Source of the DNA: the human T2T-CHM13v2.0 reference genome, Homo sapiens
NCBI RefSeq assembly: GCF_009914755.1
Contig: NC_060930.1
Direction: 5' to 3' (one strand)
Length of the DNA: 64,000 nt
A model generated the notes under the pieces. That model was not told where the DNA came from, made no database searches, and saw nothing but the letters and a program-made list of their open reading frames with translations. Every line of letters starts with the position of its first letter. Within the stretch, counting starts at the first letter, position 1. Shown here one piece after another: positions 14,721 through 28,544 of this stretch. The position numbers and the translations under genes were made by a program.

Positions 14721-16829
14721 GTACACGATACATATGATATAAAGCCAATAGGTATAATGGAAAAAGTAGTAGGAAGTTTATTTGTTTTATAGGAGAAAAA
14801 GTTTTCTTGCTGGAAAACCAAGTGAAGAGAGAGTTTTTAATCCTTCTTTTTAAAGTAAGAAAGATTTAGAAGATAAAAGGAAACAGTTCTTGTAGCTTGG
14901 TTAGGGCCAGGGGTACCTCCATGACCCTCTCTGAGTTTTCTCCTGACACACTTCCTTAAGAGATTCAACAGCATGTCCTATATCCAAGGATAAAGTTAGA
15001 ATAAGAGAGAACTGAGAAGTCCAGAAACATGAAAGCCAATGTCCCTGTGTATTTTTTACCACAGATTGGGATAATATGTCTTTTTGTTACTTCCCTTTCC
15101 TTTAAAGAAAACAAATTGAAGGAGGTTGGCTTCCCTAAAAAATGGTTCATATAGAAGGAAATACTGTAGATTTTGGTGCTTGCTGGTGCTTCACTGTTAA
15201 AAGGGTAAACGCCTACAAACTCCAAATTCCTGCTTAAGTCAAGGCAGAGACGTTCAGCTCTTCTTCTTTCCCCAAACAAAATTCCAAGCTGTTAAAAGTT
15301 TGGAGTGAGGATGATGTCAGGTTTGAGAGAGAGGGTAGGCCAAGGAGAGGGCTGTGAGAGGTGAAAAATTTCCCAAGGGAGGCATCGTGCAAATGTTAAA
15401 AGTAAAGCTGGCCCTCTAAGGCTGCACATCTTGGCGGATATCCCAAATCGAGTGTTATTAGGCATCTCCAGAATGTCTAGCTTTATCTTGAATATGTTAA
15501 AAAGTGAGAGAAATAGGAAGTTTATATGACAGCGTTTCTGTTTTTTATTTTGTTTGTTTTACTGAAAATAGGTACTATGGAAAGAGATTATTATTAAGTG
15601 GTTCTTAGTATTAAGCGGTTCTCTTCCTTATATTAAAGTAAATGGGGTAAAAGCCAAGCGTTACCAAAGTTTTGGGATGATGTTCCGAATGAAATTCCCA
15701 AAACTTTATTAAGTACGCATGCTTTTCAAATTATATAGAAAAGGCAGACTTGAGCTATTCACATAAATCAAGTTTTGATACAGAGAGGGGCTGAGGGCTA
15801 CTGGTAGTGTTTCAGAGACAGGCTCAGGAAGGGTCGCACATTCACCTAAGTTTACTCAGTCACTGGTGTGCTTCCAATTCCTGATTTTCATCTCACTGCT
15901 CCATCCCTGTTCATTAATGTGGAGCACAGGGGAAAGCAGAGATTTGGCCTCTCTGCAGCTGGATACATAAATCAACAGGGTTTGTTAACTCAGCCTGCCC
16001 TTGGGGTACAGGAGCAGGCGAAGGGGTTCAGTTTGGCAGTTTTAAACCTCTGAGGGTTACTTGATAACACAGATTACCTTTCTCACTAGGCTGTGTTGGT
16101 AAATTTCTTTTTTATTTATGCTATTTCAATAATCATGTTGAAGAGTAATTTATAAAAGGAGTAATTTATATAATTCACCTATAGGCTCCTAAATGTATCA
16201 TGAAAGCAACATATCCTTTCAAGAAGATATTTCTCCCTAGGGTGCAGGACTGCCCAATTAGGCGTATGAATGCCATCTTTCCAGGCTCTCAACTCCTCAG
16301 GGCAGACACTGTTACTGATGGGGCACAGCTTCATTTATCACACTTCTCTGTGTACGTTTATGGTGCCGAATACATGTTAAATAATAATTATGGAGATTTT
16401 AATGTCTTTCCCAGAAGCGTCCTCCATGGCCCACAGTGGAAGATGGACTAGTCGCCATTTCATTTTACCACAGTTCTTTGTATTTTGTGCAGACTAGGGA
16501 TTGTTTAGGTTGGTAATAATCTCAATGTGTTTTGCTTATGCCAACATACATTTTCAAAATTGGTAGAATGCCATTTATAAGACCCAGTGAGTTATTAATA
16601 ATTTTTTAAGCATGTGGGTCACATGATATGAATTTCTTTTTGTGTTGCTTTGTGGCCCTTAGGTTGATGCACACACACATGCATGCATGTGCATGCACAC
16701 ACACTTTATGTGGATATGTATATATGTGCACATATGTAATTTAATTATTTTTAAAAACTAAAGCACAAAGTTACTATAAATTTATTTCAGCACCGTATGC
16801 GCATTTGAGCACCAAGATCACAAGAGCAA

Positions 16830-17590
16830 TCCAGTAATAGATAAATAAGTGGGTAAACAAATAAACAAATAAGGGAGAAGGGCGAGGTCTTCCTCACAGT
16901 GGCAGGCCATGTGGGAAATGTGGAGACAGTGCTGGAGTTTTGCGTGTGTTAGAATAAAAATTGGATCAGACAAGAATCATCAGTGGATGGCAAATTTAAG
17001 AGGAAATTTTGACGAGGAGCTCAAAATATCTCCTCACAATCTGCTTGTTCAGTTCAAAAAATAATGAGGTGGAGAAATTGGACAACACCTTGGTTGAGCG
17101 ATCAAAATTAACACCATAGATGAGGAAGAGAGGAGCACTGCGTGCTTCCAGGTGTAACTCCCCGGACGCACCGTCACCTCTGCAGTGTTTCAGCTAAGAA
17201 TGCACTTCCTGAATCCAATCACGATGAAGCAACAGACAAACCCAAAGTGAGGACCTGCCTACTAACAAAAGGGGAGGGGCACGATATTCTTCAACAGTTT
17301 CAACGTTGTAAAAGAAAAAGGCTGAGGAAATGTTCTAGATAAAAGGAGACTGAAGATGCGTGACAACTAAATGCAGTATCTGACTCTAGGCTGGATCCTG
17401 TCCTGGAGGGAACAGAAGTTATAAAGGACGTTATCGGGCAACTGCAAAATGGAATACAGATGTGGATCAGATACTGTGCTGTATCAACGTGAAAGTGACT
17501 CAAGTGGAGAACTCCACTGTGGTTATGGAAAAAGATTTTCCTATTGTTGCATAATACACACTGGAGTATGTAAGGGTAAAATTATACTCT
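16830..17590 (+). mobile_element. L1MC-type 3' UTR
   Basis: Motifs cagacaaacccaaagtgagg and aaggagactgaagatgcgtgacaactaaatgc. Confidence 0.7.
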
Positions 17591-18179
17591 GCAAAATTAA
17601 TCTACTTTTTGTTTCCATATATATAGGTATGTACATCCTTATTTGCTTCATTATTAATACACTTTTGGTCTTCTTCCATATAGATATGAATATCTCATAT
17701 ATATTTCATATTCATACATTTGTATATTCTTATTTTCTTCATTATTAGGCAATCTATTTCCAGTTTATAAAACCTGAGTTAAGTAAATATTTGCCTTTTG
17801 AGGAATATAGAAAATATTTCCAGGAATATAAGAAGGATTGTGAGAAAAATAACATTTCTTTTTTAAAAAAGTGCCGCTGCTAAAACTGTACATTTTTTTG
17901 ACAAAATAAGAGTTTTAAGATATATGTGTATCAAGCTCCCTTCTTCCATTCTCTTTTTTGTATCCTGACATGGAGAAAAATGAGCTGTAACTGGCAAATA
18001 TCCCAGCGATGGCGCCTACGGGTTTCTGCTCCGTCGAGGTTCCTGGGTCCCAGAGCCCGTGGGTAGGTGGAGGGAAGGCAGCGAGTGAAGCAGATGTTAT
18101 TTTCAAACCCAGAATGCCAGACCACTGACAATAAACACAGACTCCTCTCTGCCCCTCTTTTCAACCTTCCTGTCTCCCA

Positions 18180-18483
18180 AGCCTTTGCCAAGGGTTTCTT
18201 TATTCTTACCCCTGGCTTTCTCTGTTCCCTAGCATTCTGGTGACTTCATCCGGTGTGTGTAACACAGGCCTTCAATGGTCATGCGAACACAATGAAATGA
18301 TGTCATTCCCCGGCATCCCTGGCCCAGCGCCCACGGTTTCCGACGATGCTCCAGCCATTCCTGACTGCACAGGATGGGGTAGGCCTTGGCCTCTCGCTGA
18401 ATGGTTTAATTGAAAGACAGTGGATGCCAACGCATCAGAAGCTTCTTTCCTTTTTGTTCATCCCAATGAAATCTCCCAATTAT
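18180..18483 (-). ncRNA. Candidate terminal exon on the minus strand
   Basis: Minus-strand acceptor cctctcaacattccttttgcag|ATA and minus-strand AATAAA at 18199-18204. One frame reads IIGRFHWDEQKGKKLLMRWHPLSFN*, which I do not recognise. Confidence 0.3.
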
Positions 18484-19414
18484 CTGCAAAAGGAATGTTG
18501 AGAGGTTTTGTCGGGGTATGGCCCTGGAGAGGGAACAAGATGACTAGTAGGTTAAAAAGGAGACAGATGAAACTTTTGTGTCTAGAATGAAAAAATTCTG
18601 AGCACATTCACAGATGGCTTGTGTATCAAGGAAGTCCCAGTGGCTAGTTACAGCAACTCATGCACTAATGTGAACAGAGCTTTTGATTTCATGGTTTAAA
18701 ATAAAATGACCCAAATATAATTACTAAAGCTTATTAATGTGTTTGTTCTGGGTCAGTAACCCTTTACTGGCCGCAGGAGCTTTTTACATAAGGGGCATGA
18801 GAATTAGAGCTTTCTATTCGGAATACTTTGATTCTTCCATGGAAGCAGGAAGAAATAATCAACAAACTGCTTGTTTTAATAATTGTACCCTATTATGAAC
18901 CACTTGATATTTAATTTTTAAAGAATTAGCTTAATTTTGCAGAAGAAGTAGTGTCAAAGCAATACCGCACAACTTATCAGCACTCAATACCGGTCAGTTG
19001 ATATTTTAGAAAGTGGCACCGTAGGGCTAACCTGGTTGTAGTAGAAAGACGAGCAGTTGCAGAAAGAGCTTCTCCTTTGTTGGCAAAAGTACAAAAGACA
19101 AAAATAAAAAGCAAGTGTGAAAAGTTGGAAAGAAACATGCCTACGATTTTATTCTTGTACAGAGAAAACAGTTTTTCTTTAATACCTTTCTTTAGAAATT
19201 TGTATGAATTTTTAAAATATTTTGAGAACTCAGGTACTAAAAGTAAGGTTTCTTTTCATAGAATAAAATTGTAATGTAAGAAGTTTAGAGAATTTGAAGC
19301 ATTGAGGAAGTGTGTTTTTTTAATGTAAGATCCTGAAAGCCCATGTCCTACATTAAAAACCTATGCGTTAGTTATTAATAGACTTTAATTTCTTTTTCTT
19401 GCTGCCTTTTTCAG

Positions 19415-19486
19415 GTGTACCCATTACAATATACAAATGGAGAGGGACTCGCTATTGAATTTAGACCTGTAACTGTTGCAGATGAG
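19415..19486 (+). other. Candidate exon (strong acceptor; 3' end uncertain)
   Basis: Long pyrimidine tract tttctttttcttgctgcctttttcag|G. Donor GAG|gttgta is weak. Confidence 0.35.
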
Positions 19487-20738
19487 GTTGTAAAATGCCA
19501 CGTCCATTGTCATTTTCCTCTTCCAATTCCTATCGTACAATTTGAAATCAATTCTTTGAGACCATGTTTACTTAAAGGCCTATTTAAGATTGCTTGAAAA
19601 CGTATGTGAAGAATGAAATAATCAACATTTAAGCATGACTGTTTTCATGCTACTATCATGAACAGAATAGTTTTTGACCCAAAATATGAAATTTTTGAGA
19701 CAGAAACCTGAATATGTTTTGTTGGGGGAGAGTCTTAGGAGTGTTTCTGCTGTAGGGACAGTAAATGAGGTCACACTGACAAATATGCTTCTGCTTACTG
19801 CATGGATAAAGAGTAAGTCACTTGTCTTCCCCTTATGAGTGGCTCTCTGGGCATATACTCAGAATTGCTATTCCACACGTACTCCAACTGATGTATTCAT
19901 TTGTACTCATTTACAAGCAACACTGAGCATCTACCTGGGATCCTGGGTACTGGGATGGAGAGAGGAACCCCAGCAGTCCCTACCTTCAAGGGGCTCCCAT
20001 CCAGGGGAAGAGGAGAGACAACACAGAAATGGTTAAGCTACAAGGCTCCTCTTGAGCCATGTGGGCTGGGTCAGGAGTCCAGGCTGTGCTGTGCTGCTGA
20101 GAAAAGCTCTTTCAGCCCTGTGGGGAATCTGTCCATCACCTTGCCTCCTTAGCTTGTGCTTCCACCAAAAGACTTAACCTGTTCCACAAGGGTGCTGAAC
20201 CTAATGACATGTAGTGTGCAGATGTCTTGAATATCATAACAGTTTCTACATAGTATGGATTTTAGTGGATGAGTGAAAGCATAGCTCCTAAGGTATAAAT
20301 CTCATGCAGTGTTTCCAAAGACAGACTTTCCTCCCAAAGTTCAGGGTACCAGTAGATGAGGGGTGATTGGTAACTTTCAGCCTGGAATAGAACTCAAGAA
20401 AATATACTGAAGCTTTTTGCCATATACCATAATATACCACAGCGATAAGTCTGTGAAATAGTGTTGTTTCTAAGGTTCTACTGCGAAAAAGCCTTTCAGT
20501 GAAATAAAAGACTGCTTTTCTCCTTTACTGGGTCTGGGCTATTAGACATAGTGCCAACACTTTCCTTTTATTAGAATGAAGTTGATATGCTTGTTTATGA
20601 GGTAAAAATGACCTTGTGAAGAATTCTTATGTCATAACCCATAGATTCAGCATCCTGGTCAAGTTTAACAGCCCTGCCAGAAAGTCTAAAGTGAAGAACT
20701 AGGAGAGCCTCCAGCAATGCTCTTGGGACTTGCCTTGC

Positions 20739-20846
20739 CATCAGAATCCCCCAGAGTGCTTGTTAACTATACAGAGTACTGGGCTCCCTCCCCTCCAGAC
20801 CTATTAAATTTGACTTCCAGGGAAGGGGCCAGTGAATTTGTATTTA
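20739..20846. mobile_element. MER5-like hAT-Charlie fragment
   Basis: catcagaatccc..agagtgcttgttaa...cagacctattaaat motif. Confidence 0.6.
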
Positions 20847-21366
20847 CTACACTTTTATCTTGGAGATAATTGTAAATTCACATTCAGTTGCAAGAAAGTA
20901 CAGAGTGGTCCTTTATTCCCTTTACCTGTTTCTCCAGTGGTAACATCTTATATAACTACAGTACAGTATCACAACCAGGAAACTGACCTTGGTGCAACAC
21001 ACTGCCCTTTTCCAGATTTCACCAGTTTCATATGCACACCGTGTGTGTGTGTGTGCATTTAGTTCTATGCAATTTTATCACATTTTGAGATCTGTGTATC
21101 TGTCACCACAGACAAGGTACAGAACTGTTCTATTACCACAGGGCTCTCTCCTGGGATCTTTTTATAGCCACTTTCACCTTTCTTTCCCTCCTCTGTCCCT
21201 AATCTTGCCAATTGCTAACCCGTTTCCTATCTCTGTTATTTCATCATTTCAAGAATGTGCTATGATGTAATAACACCCTATGTAACTTTTTGGGATTGGC
21301 TAATTTCACTTAGCATAACTCTCTGGAGGTTCACCCAAGTCACTGCATGTATTAATAGTTCATTCC

Positions 21367-21729
21367 TGTATTAGTTCATTCTTACTTTGCTATGAAGACA
21401 TACCCAAGACTGGGCAATTTATAAAGGAGAGAGGTTTAATTGACTCACAGTTCCACATGGCTTGGGAGGCCTCAGGAAGCTTATAGTCATGGTATAAAGG
21501 GAAGCAAACATGTCCTTCTTCACATGGCAGGAGGAGAGAGACGAGTTAAGAGCTGAGGGAAGAAGGAAGCCTCTTATAAAACCATCAGATCTTGTGAGAG
21601 CTTACTATCAGGGAGAAACTGCCCCTATGATTCCATTACCTCCCGCCAGATTCCTCCCACCAAATGTGGGAATTATGGGAACTACAATTCAAGATCAGCT
21701 TTGGGTGGGGACACAGCCAAACCCTATTA
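21367..21729 (-). mobile_element. THE1/MSTA solo LTR
   Basis: tgtattagt...gggacacagccaaaccctatta. Near-TSD attcc/attca. Confidence 0.9.
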
Positions 21730-22640
21730 ATTCATTTTTATTACCAAGTGATATTCTATGGTATGGTTGTACCACAGTCGGTTTAATTATTCACCTTGAG
21801 AAGGATATCTCCAGTGTTTCCAAGTTAGGGCTATGGATGAACATAAGTTGCCATTTATCAAAGATAATTGCACAATGCTATTGCTGGGTCATATGTTAGT
21901 TGCATGTTCACCCTTTTAAGAAACTGCCACTCTGATTTCTGGAATGGCTGTGGCATTTTACATTCCCACCAGCAATGTATGTATGAGTTATCTAGTTTCT
22001 CTGCCTCCTTGCCAACATTTGGTGTTTTTTCTATTTCTTAATTCTGATAGGTGTCTAGTGATACCTCATTTTGGTTTTAATTTGCATTTCCTGAATGGCT
22101 AGTAATATTGAACATCTTTTCAAGTGCATATTTGCCATCTGTATTTTCTCTTCTCTAAAATATCTATTTAGTGAAATATCTTTTGCCAATGGTCTAATTG
22201 CATTGTTTATTTTTACTGTTAAGGCTTGAGGGGTCTTTCTGTTCTAGATAGTAGTTCTATGTCAGATATGCAGTTTGTAAATATTTTTACCAGTCTGTAG
22301 CATGTCTGGTAATCCTCTTAATGAAGCCTTTCACAGAGCAAGAGTTTTGGTAATCAGGTCCAGTTTATTAAAATTTTCTTTTAGAATGCATGCTTTTGGT
22401 GTTAGGTGAGTAACTCTTTTTTTGGTCTTTGGTCCTGGAGATTTTCTCATATTTTTTCAAAGTTTTATAGTTTTTTATTTTATATTTAAAGCTCATCATC
22501 TATTATGAGTTACATTTTGTATAAAGTGTGAACTTTAGGTTTAAATTTGTTTTTTTTTTTTTTGCCTGTAATATTTAATTGTTACAGTGTCAGTTACTGA
22601 AAAGACTATCCTTCTTCTACTGGTTTTTATCCTTCTTCTA

Positions 22641-23034
22641 TTGACTTCCTATGTTTTCTGCTGCTGTAACAGAATACCACAGACTGGGGAGTTTATAAAG
22701 AAAAGAAGTTTATTTGGCTAGCAAATAAACTTTTAGGGGGCTGGGAAGTCCAAGAGCATGTTGCCAGCATCTGGCAAGGGCCTTCTTGCTGCATTATCTC
22801 AAGCAGAAGGACGGGAGAGTAAAGAGACAGAGAAGGAAGTGGGCTGAGTTCATCCTTTTTATTAGGAACCCCTCCCATGATAACGAACTCATTCTTGAGG
22901 TTAAGGTAATAATCCCTTCTTGAGGGCAGAGCTCTCATGACCTAACCACCTTTTAAAGACGGTGCCTCTTAATACTGTTAAAATGGCAATTAAATTTCAA
23001 CCTGCGTCTTGGTGGGGACATGCAAATCATAGCA
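22641..23034 (-). mobile_element. MST (MSTC/D-like) solo LTR
   Basis: ctgctgtaacagaataccacagactggg...ggctgggaagtccaag...caaatcatagca. Confidence 0.8.
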
Positions 23035-24744
23035 ACTGGATTGCTTTCTCTTCTTTTGCCAAAATCAGTTGGTTGTCAAAAATCAGTTGGACATATTCGT
23101 GTGTGTCTATTTCTGGGGTCTCTATTCTGTTTCATGGATCCATGTGTCTGGCCCCTGCCACGCCCCACACTGTCTTGTTTACTGCAGCTATACAGTAAGC
23201 CCTGAAATCTGGTAGAATGATTCCTCCTACTTCATTTGTGTTTGCAAATTTTGCCTTTGCCTTTCCATATAAATTTTAGAATTAGCTTGTCTAGGGTCCG
23301 CAAACAGTCCTTCAAGGGAAATTGACAAAAATAGCATTAAAACTATAGGTCAATTTGGAGAGAATTGACATGTTTCCTATTTTGTCTTTCAATCCACACC
23401 ATAATTTGCGCTTTTATTGATTTATGCCTTCTTTGATTGCTTTTATTAGCATAATTTTCAGCACACAGATCCTGCATATTTTTTAAAGTTTATACCTAAG
23501 AATTTAATTTTGTTTGGAGAAAATAGGATTGTATTTTTAATATGGTTTCTACATATTTGTTGTTAGTATATAGAGATGCAACTGATTTTTGTGGGCTGAT
23601 CTTGCATTGTGCAACCCTACTGAACTCACTGATAATTTCTAATTTCTGACAATTGGTAGATTCATTTGAATTTTCTATATAAACAATTTTTATCTGCAAA
23701 TAGGGACAACTTAGTTTTTTTCCTTTAAATGTGTATGCTTTTTATTTCTTTTCCTTTAATTATTATATTGGCTAGAACTTCAAATCCTAAGTTGAATAAG
23801 TGTCGTGAGGGCAAAGGTCTTGCTCTTCTCTTGATCACAGGGTGAAGTTGTTCAGTCATTTGCCATTAAGTATGATCTCAAATATAGATTTTTTTGTAAA
23901 TGCTCTTTATCCAATTAAGAAAGTTTCCCTCTATTAGTTTTATGAGATTTTTTTTTCATTTTGTGAATGGGTGTTAGATTTTGTCAGATGCTTTTTTCTG
24001 TGTCTATATAATTATGAGAGTTTTCTTCTTTATCCTTTTGATATGATTACATATATTTCTTGATTTTTGAATGTTGAACCAGCCTTGTATACCTGGAATT
24101 ACACTTGGTCATGGTGTATAATTCTTTTTCTATATTGCTGAATTTGATTTGCTGAATCTGTATTTTTCACACACTCTTTATTTTTTTATTTATTTTTTAT
24201 TTTTTTGGTAATTTTTATGATCAGGCCAGGTTGGGAAACATTACGGTAAGAAGTCCCAATCTATATTTTGCATTAGAATAAGCTTATTTGTTAGCAAAAG
24301 GAGGTTTTCTAGTTTTCAAAATAGAAGATTTTGCTAACTAAGGTCTTCCTTTTATAACAATATTTCTCACAACTATTAGGCATCAGACTTATTCAGGTGG
24401 TTTATCAATGGACTTCTACTTGTGTCTAATAAATTCTCAGAACAGTCTGCTGCCAATGGATTAGAGAGAATATTTTCCATTCTGAGGTATTCAGGACTTT
24501 TTTTTAGTATTAACCAAGCTTACCATCCAGAGGTCACAACAGAGAAGCAATAAATTAATTGGAAAATTCTAAATTAAACTTTTGGCCTTGATTTGCATAA
24601 GTATATTTCTATTAAAGAATTTATGCATTCAAAAATTATTGATTTGTTGGATCTCAAGTAAAAAAAATCACTCTATTGTCTACTGGGAGGATTGTAAAGC
24701 TGAATTAAATGTATATCAATCCTCCTTTATTCTTTCATTAAATT

Positions 24745-25190
24745 GTTTATTCACACAATCAAAAACATATTTGAGCCCCTAGTGTGCCAAGAACTATCAT
24801 GGACAATGAGATACAGCAGTAAAGGAAATCAACAATGCCCAAGCTCTCATGGGACTTTCCTGGCAGAATAGCGTGCATGCCGGGGTGCATGGTGGCACTG
24901 GGAGCTCTTAGCGTGTAGCTGTGAAATGGTGTAGATGTGACCGTTTATAACATCAAGCAGAATTTTAAGCATGATCAGAGGGGTGGTGTTTAGTGATTAG
25001 GGAGTTTGGGGGAGGGGACAATTACTTTCCGTTTAGAGTTGAGCTTCATGAGGAAGTTGCCTTTTGAGTTAATCCTTAAAAGATGAGGCACATTTAGATA
25101 TGCAAAGAGGGAGTGGGTGATGGGAGGACACAGGTACAGCATTCCCGCCTGAAGGGCAACATCAAAGCAAGGTGGAGAATGCAAAAGGTG
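24745..25190 (-). mobile_element. L2 3' fragment
   Basis: Antisense L2 tail (aaacatatttgagcccctagtgtgccaag...gatacagcagt). Confidence 0.65.
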
Positions 25191-25235
25191 GGAAAGTATA
25201 ACTAGTTTCAATAAACTTAATTCACTTAAGTTTAA

Positions 25236-26160
25236 CCAGTTATGCTAGTTCAGTATAACTAGCTCAGTGAAACCAGTTACGCTAGTTCAGTATAACTAGC
25301 TCAGTGAAACCAGTTACGCTAGTTCAGTATAACTAGCTCAGTGAAACCAGTTACGCTAGTTCAGTATAACTAGCTCAGTGAAACCAGTTACGCTAGTTCA
25401 GTATAACTAGCTCAGTGAAACCAGTTACGCTAGTTCAGTATAACTAGCTCAGTGAAACCAGTTACGCTAGTTCAGTATAACTAGCTCAGTGAAACCAGTT
25501 ACGCTAGTTCAGTATAACTAGCTCAGTGAAACCAGTTACGCTAGTTCAGTATAACTAGCTCAGTGAAACCAGTTACGCTAGTTCAGTATAACTAGCTCAG
25601 TGAAACCAGTTACGCTAGTTCAGTATAACTAGCTCAGTGAAACCAGTTACGCTAGTTCAGTGAAACCAGTTATGCTAGTTCAGTATAAGTAGTTCAGTGA
25701 AACCAGTTACGCTAGTTCAGTATAAGTAGTTCAGTGAAACCAGTTATGCTAGTTCAGTCTAACTAGTTTAGTGAAACCAGTTATGCTAGTTCAGTATAAC
25801 TAGCTTAGTGAAACTAGTTATGCTAGTTCAGTGAAACTAGTTATGCTAGTTCAGCGAAACCAGTTATGCTAGTTCAGTCTAACTAGTTTGGTGAAACCAG
25901 TTATGCTAGTTCAGTCTAACTAGTTTAGTGAAACCAGTTATGCTAGTTCAGTCTAACTAGTTTGGTGAAACCAGTTATGCTAGTTCAGTCTAACTAGTTT
26001 GGTGAAACCAGTTATGCTAGTTCAGTATAAGTAGTTTGGTGAAACCAGTTATGCTAGTTCAGTATAAGTAGTTTAGTGAAACCAGTTATGCTAGTTCAGT
26101 ATAAGTAGTTTAGTGAAACTAGTTATGCTAGTTCAGTATAACTAGTTTAATGAAACTAGT
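25236..26160. repeat. 37-bp minisatellite (VNTR), about 25 units
   Basis: Unit ccagttacgctagttcagtataactagctcagtgaaa, period 37 (25273 to 25310). Left units are identical; right units are variant, with some 23-bp units. Confidence 0.97.
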
Positions 26161-27999
26161 TATACTTTCCCATTTGCCTTCACTAGTTATGACACCATAA
26201 TTTATGACACCATAACTAGTGGGGAAGTATTACTGGGCTTTGTGCGTACCCAAAGAAGAAGAGGCTCAGAAGGAGACAGTTAATGCATTTGATTTTGAAT
26301 ATGCACATATGAAAATGCTTATATATGTAACACACATGTACACACACATATCCACATAACAAAACCAATAAAACTAAAGTGAATCAAGATTGTAAATAAA
26401 TAAAAATTATGGTTTAGGAAGGAATGAAAATGTAGGTAGATGTAGGTCTCATAAAACAAGAACATCTAGAGCAACACTGAACATGTTTACAGTGTCCCTT
26501 TCTGAACATATGGGAAAAAATGACCCTGGTTTCTTCCTGGTCTCAGGGTTTTTGTGAGTGTAGGTGGACAGGGCAGCTGCACCTGATGGAACTGGTGGCT
26601 TCCTTGGGAGCTGATCAGGCAAGCCGGCCTAATATATGAGCACACTTCCACAAAAATAAAAGACACATACACAAATAAGTAAACAAGCAAATAAATAAAT
26701 GTACATTTTAAAATTTGACCATCCTGAAATGTCACATTCTACTTTGATCCCATTATCTCCTACAAAATGAAGTCCAAAGCTTGAGGGACTCCTGATTCCC
26801 TTCCACTTCCTTTTCTGGCTTGACACTCCAGTGTCCTCACACAGGAACCCCTCACTCCCCTGAAACTGATGGGTTTCGTGTCCTAAAGCATGCTTTCTCC
26901 TCTTCTGCTGGCCTTAGCTCAGTCCCTGCCTGGATTCAGGAATGGAGTCCTTTCTTATTTCTCTATCAAATTCCTACTGTTTTGTGAAGGCTCAACTCAA
27001 ATCCTGTTTGGCATATCTTCAGGTCCAAGTGGGAGATGCCTTCCTCTTTGGGATTCTGATTTTAAGCCGCTGTCTTGTACATTTGCAGCATTTTGAATCT
27101 CCTTGTGTCCTGCATCCCTGACAAGGTAATAAGCTGGGGAGGCCAGGCTTGTGCCCCACCCACTTCCTGGAATCCTCTAGACCTGTGTCTTTGCATATCA
27201 ACATTTGTTCTTCATAACAGCAATCACAATGACAATAATAAGCCTTTCGTCCTTCTCTGCATTATCATTTATGATTGTGGTCTCCTGGCCTTCCCTTGAG
27301 TCCCCAGAGAGTTTTCGTGGGTTTGCAAGTGGTATTTTTACCATCATGGTTTCCAAGCTGGAAGTGAGAAAATAGCATGTTCTTCTTAAACACACAAGAG
27401 TCTTCCCCTGTGAGATTTAGAAGACCAGAGACGGGAAAGGAAATCCTGTTTTACTACAATTTTTATCAAGTAGAGTAACATTTCACCAGAAAATAATACT
27501 AAAAAGTTGACTGTGGATATTTCTGTGTCAATTAAGTTTGCCTGTCTCAGGGGAAGGCTGCTGGCTGCCACTCCACAAGTTTGGATCATTTTAAAAATGC
27601 AAACTGAGTGCTAGCACTCACTTTTTGTTTGCTTTAACTTTCCTGAACTAATACACACTATGCTAAGATAATCAGGACCCTAGAAGGCTGTGCCCACAGT
27701 TGCTGAGTACTCTCTTGCGTCAGCCCCAGTTGGAAGTTGTCTGATTACATTGTGGCGTCTGGCTAATAGTCTGAACTAATCAAGACAACTCAGAAGGAGG
27801 GAGAAGCTCATTAATCTGGTTGTGCTCATTTCTTAATGTCCTGAGCCCTGGAGTGTTTGCTATTTTTGTGTATTCTTGAGTGAGTAAATGAAGAGAGAAG
27901 AGAAGAGCTGTCTCTATGATGCTTACGAGGTATTTGATGGGAGGCTGACAGCGGGATGCTTCTGTGACGTATGTGAGGACAGCGACGTTCCCCTATATC

Positions 28000-28420
28000 A
28001 GTTCTGGTCTTCAGGCAGCATTGCATCAGCGGGAGAGTTCTAGGGTGGGGGGAGTCTGTGAAGGATGAAGGGGAAGCAGCCAGGCAAGGCTGGCATCTGT
28101 CAGAGGAGAGAGACGGGGTACTGGGTGGAAGAGCTCAGGTGGCAGCACCACCTAAGAAAGTCTTAGCGGGGCATGGGCGCACCCCCGAGCCAAGGTCCAG
28201 CAGTAGAGGATACCTGTGCTTGGCAGAAGTGACCTGGTCCCAGTGCCCAGCTGTGCTCATTCAGTGCCGGGGACAGCCCAGGGGATGCATGGTCTTGGCA
28301 AGACGGCTGCAGTGGGAGCCATCTGTCACCTGGGTCCCCATGGCAGGTGCCCTCCATGGCCACACAGAACCCCTCCTGCATGTGTGTGAGGACACCACTC
28401 CCAGTGCTTGAGAGCCTCTT
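28000..28420. mobile_element. LTR16-like ERVL LTR fragment
   Basis: Resembles the LTR16 family (ggtggaagagctcag..gcagcac...aagaaagtctt.gc, ctgtgctca.tca). Confidence 0.45.
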
Positions 28421-28544
28421 TCAGAAGGGAAACACAGAAGAGACAGTATAATGGGACAACCACTGCCTGCCACACATTGGCCTTGGGGACCACCTGAGCC
28501 CACCATCCTCTATGGAGCTGCCACTTATTCAGGTCTTAGTGGCT

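Larger units (their letters stand above)
20850..24150 (-). mobile_element. L1MB/MC 3' portion with two nested MaLR LTRs
   Basis: Antisense L1 motifs, e.g. ttacattcccaccagcaatgtatg and gttttaatttgcatttcctgaatggctagtaatattgaacatctttt. Confidence 0.85.

Noticed and set aside
25236-26160. CRISPR-like appearance (37-bp partly palindromic repeats)
   Set aside because: Units are head-to-tail with no unique spacers, there are no cas genes, and the context is a primate genome.
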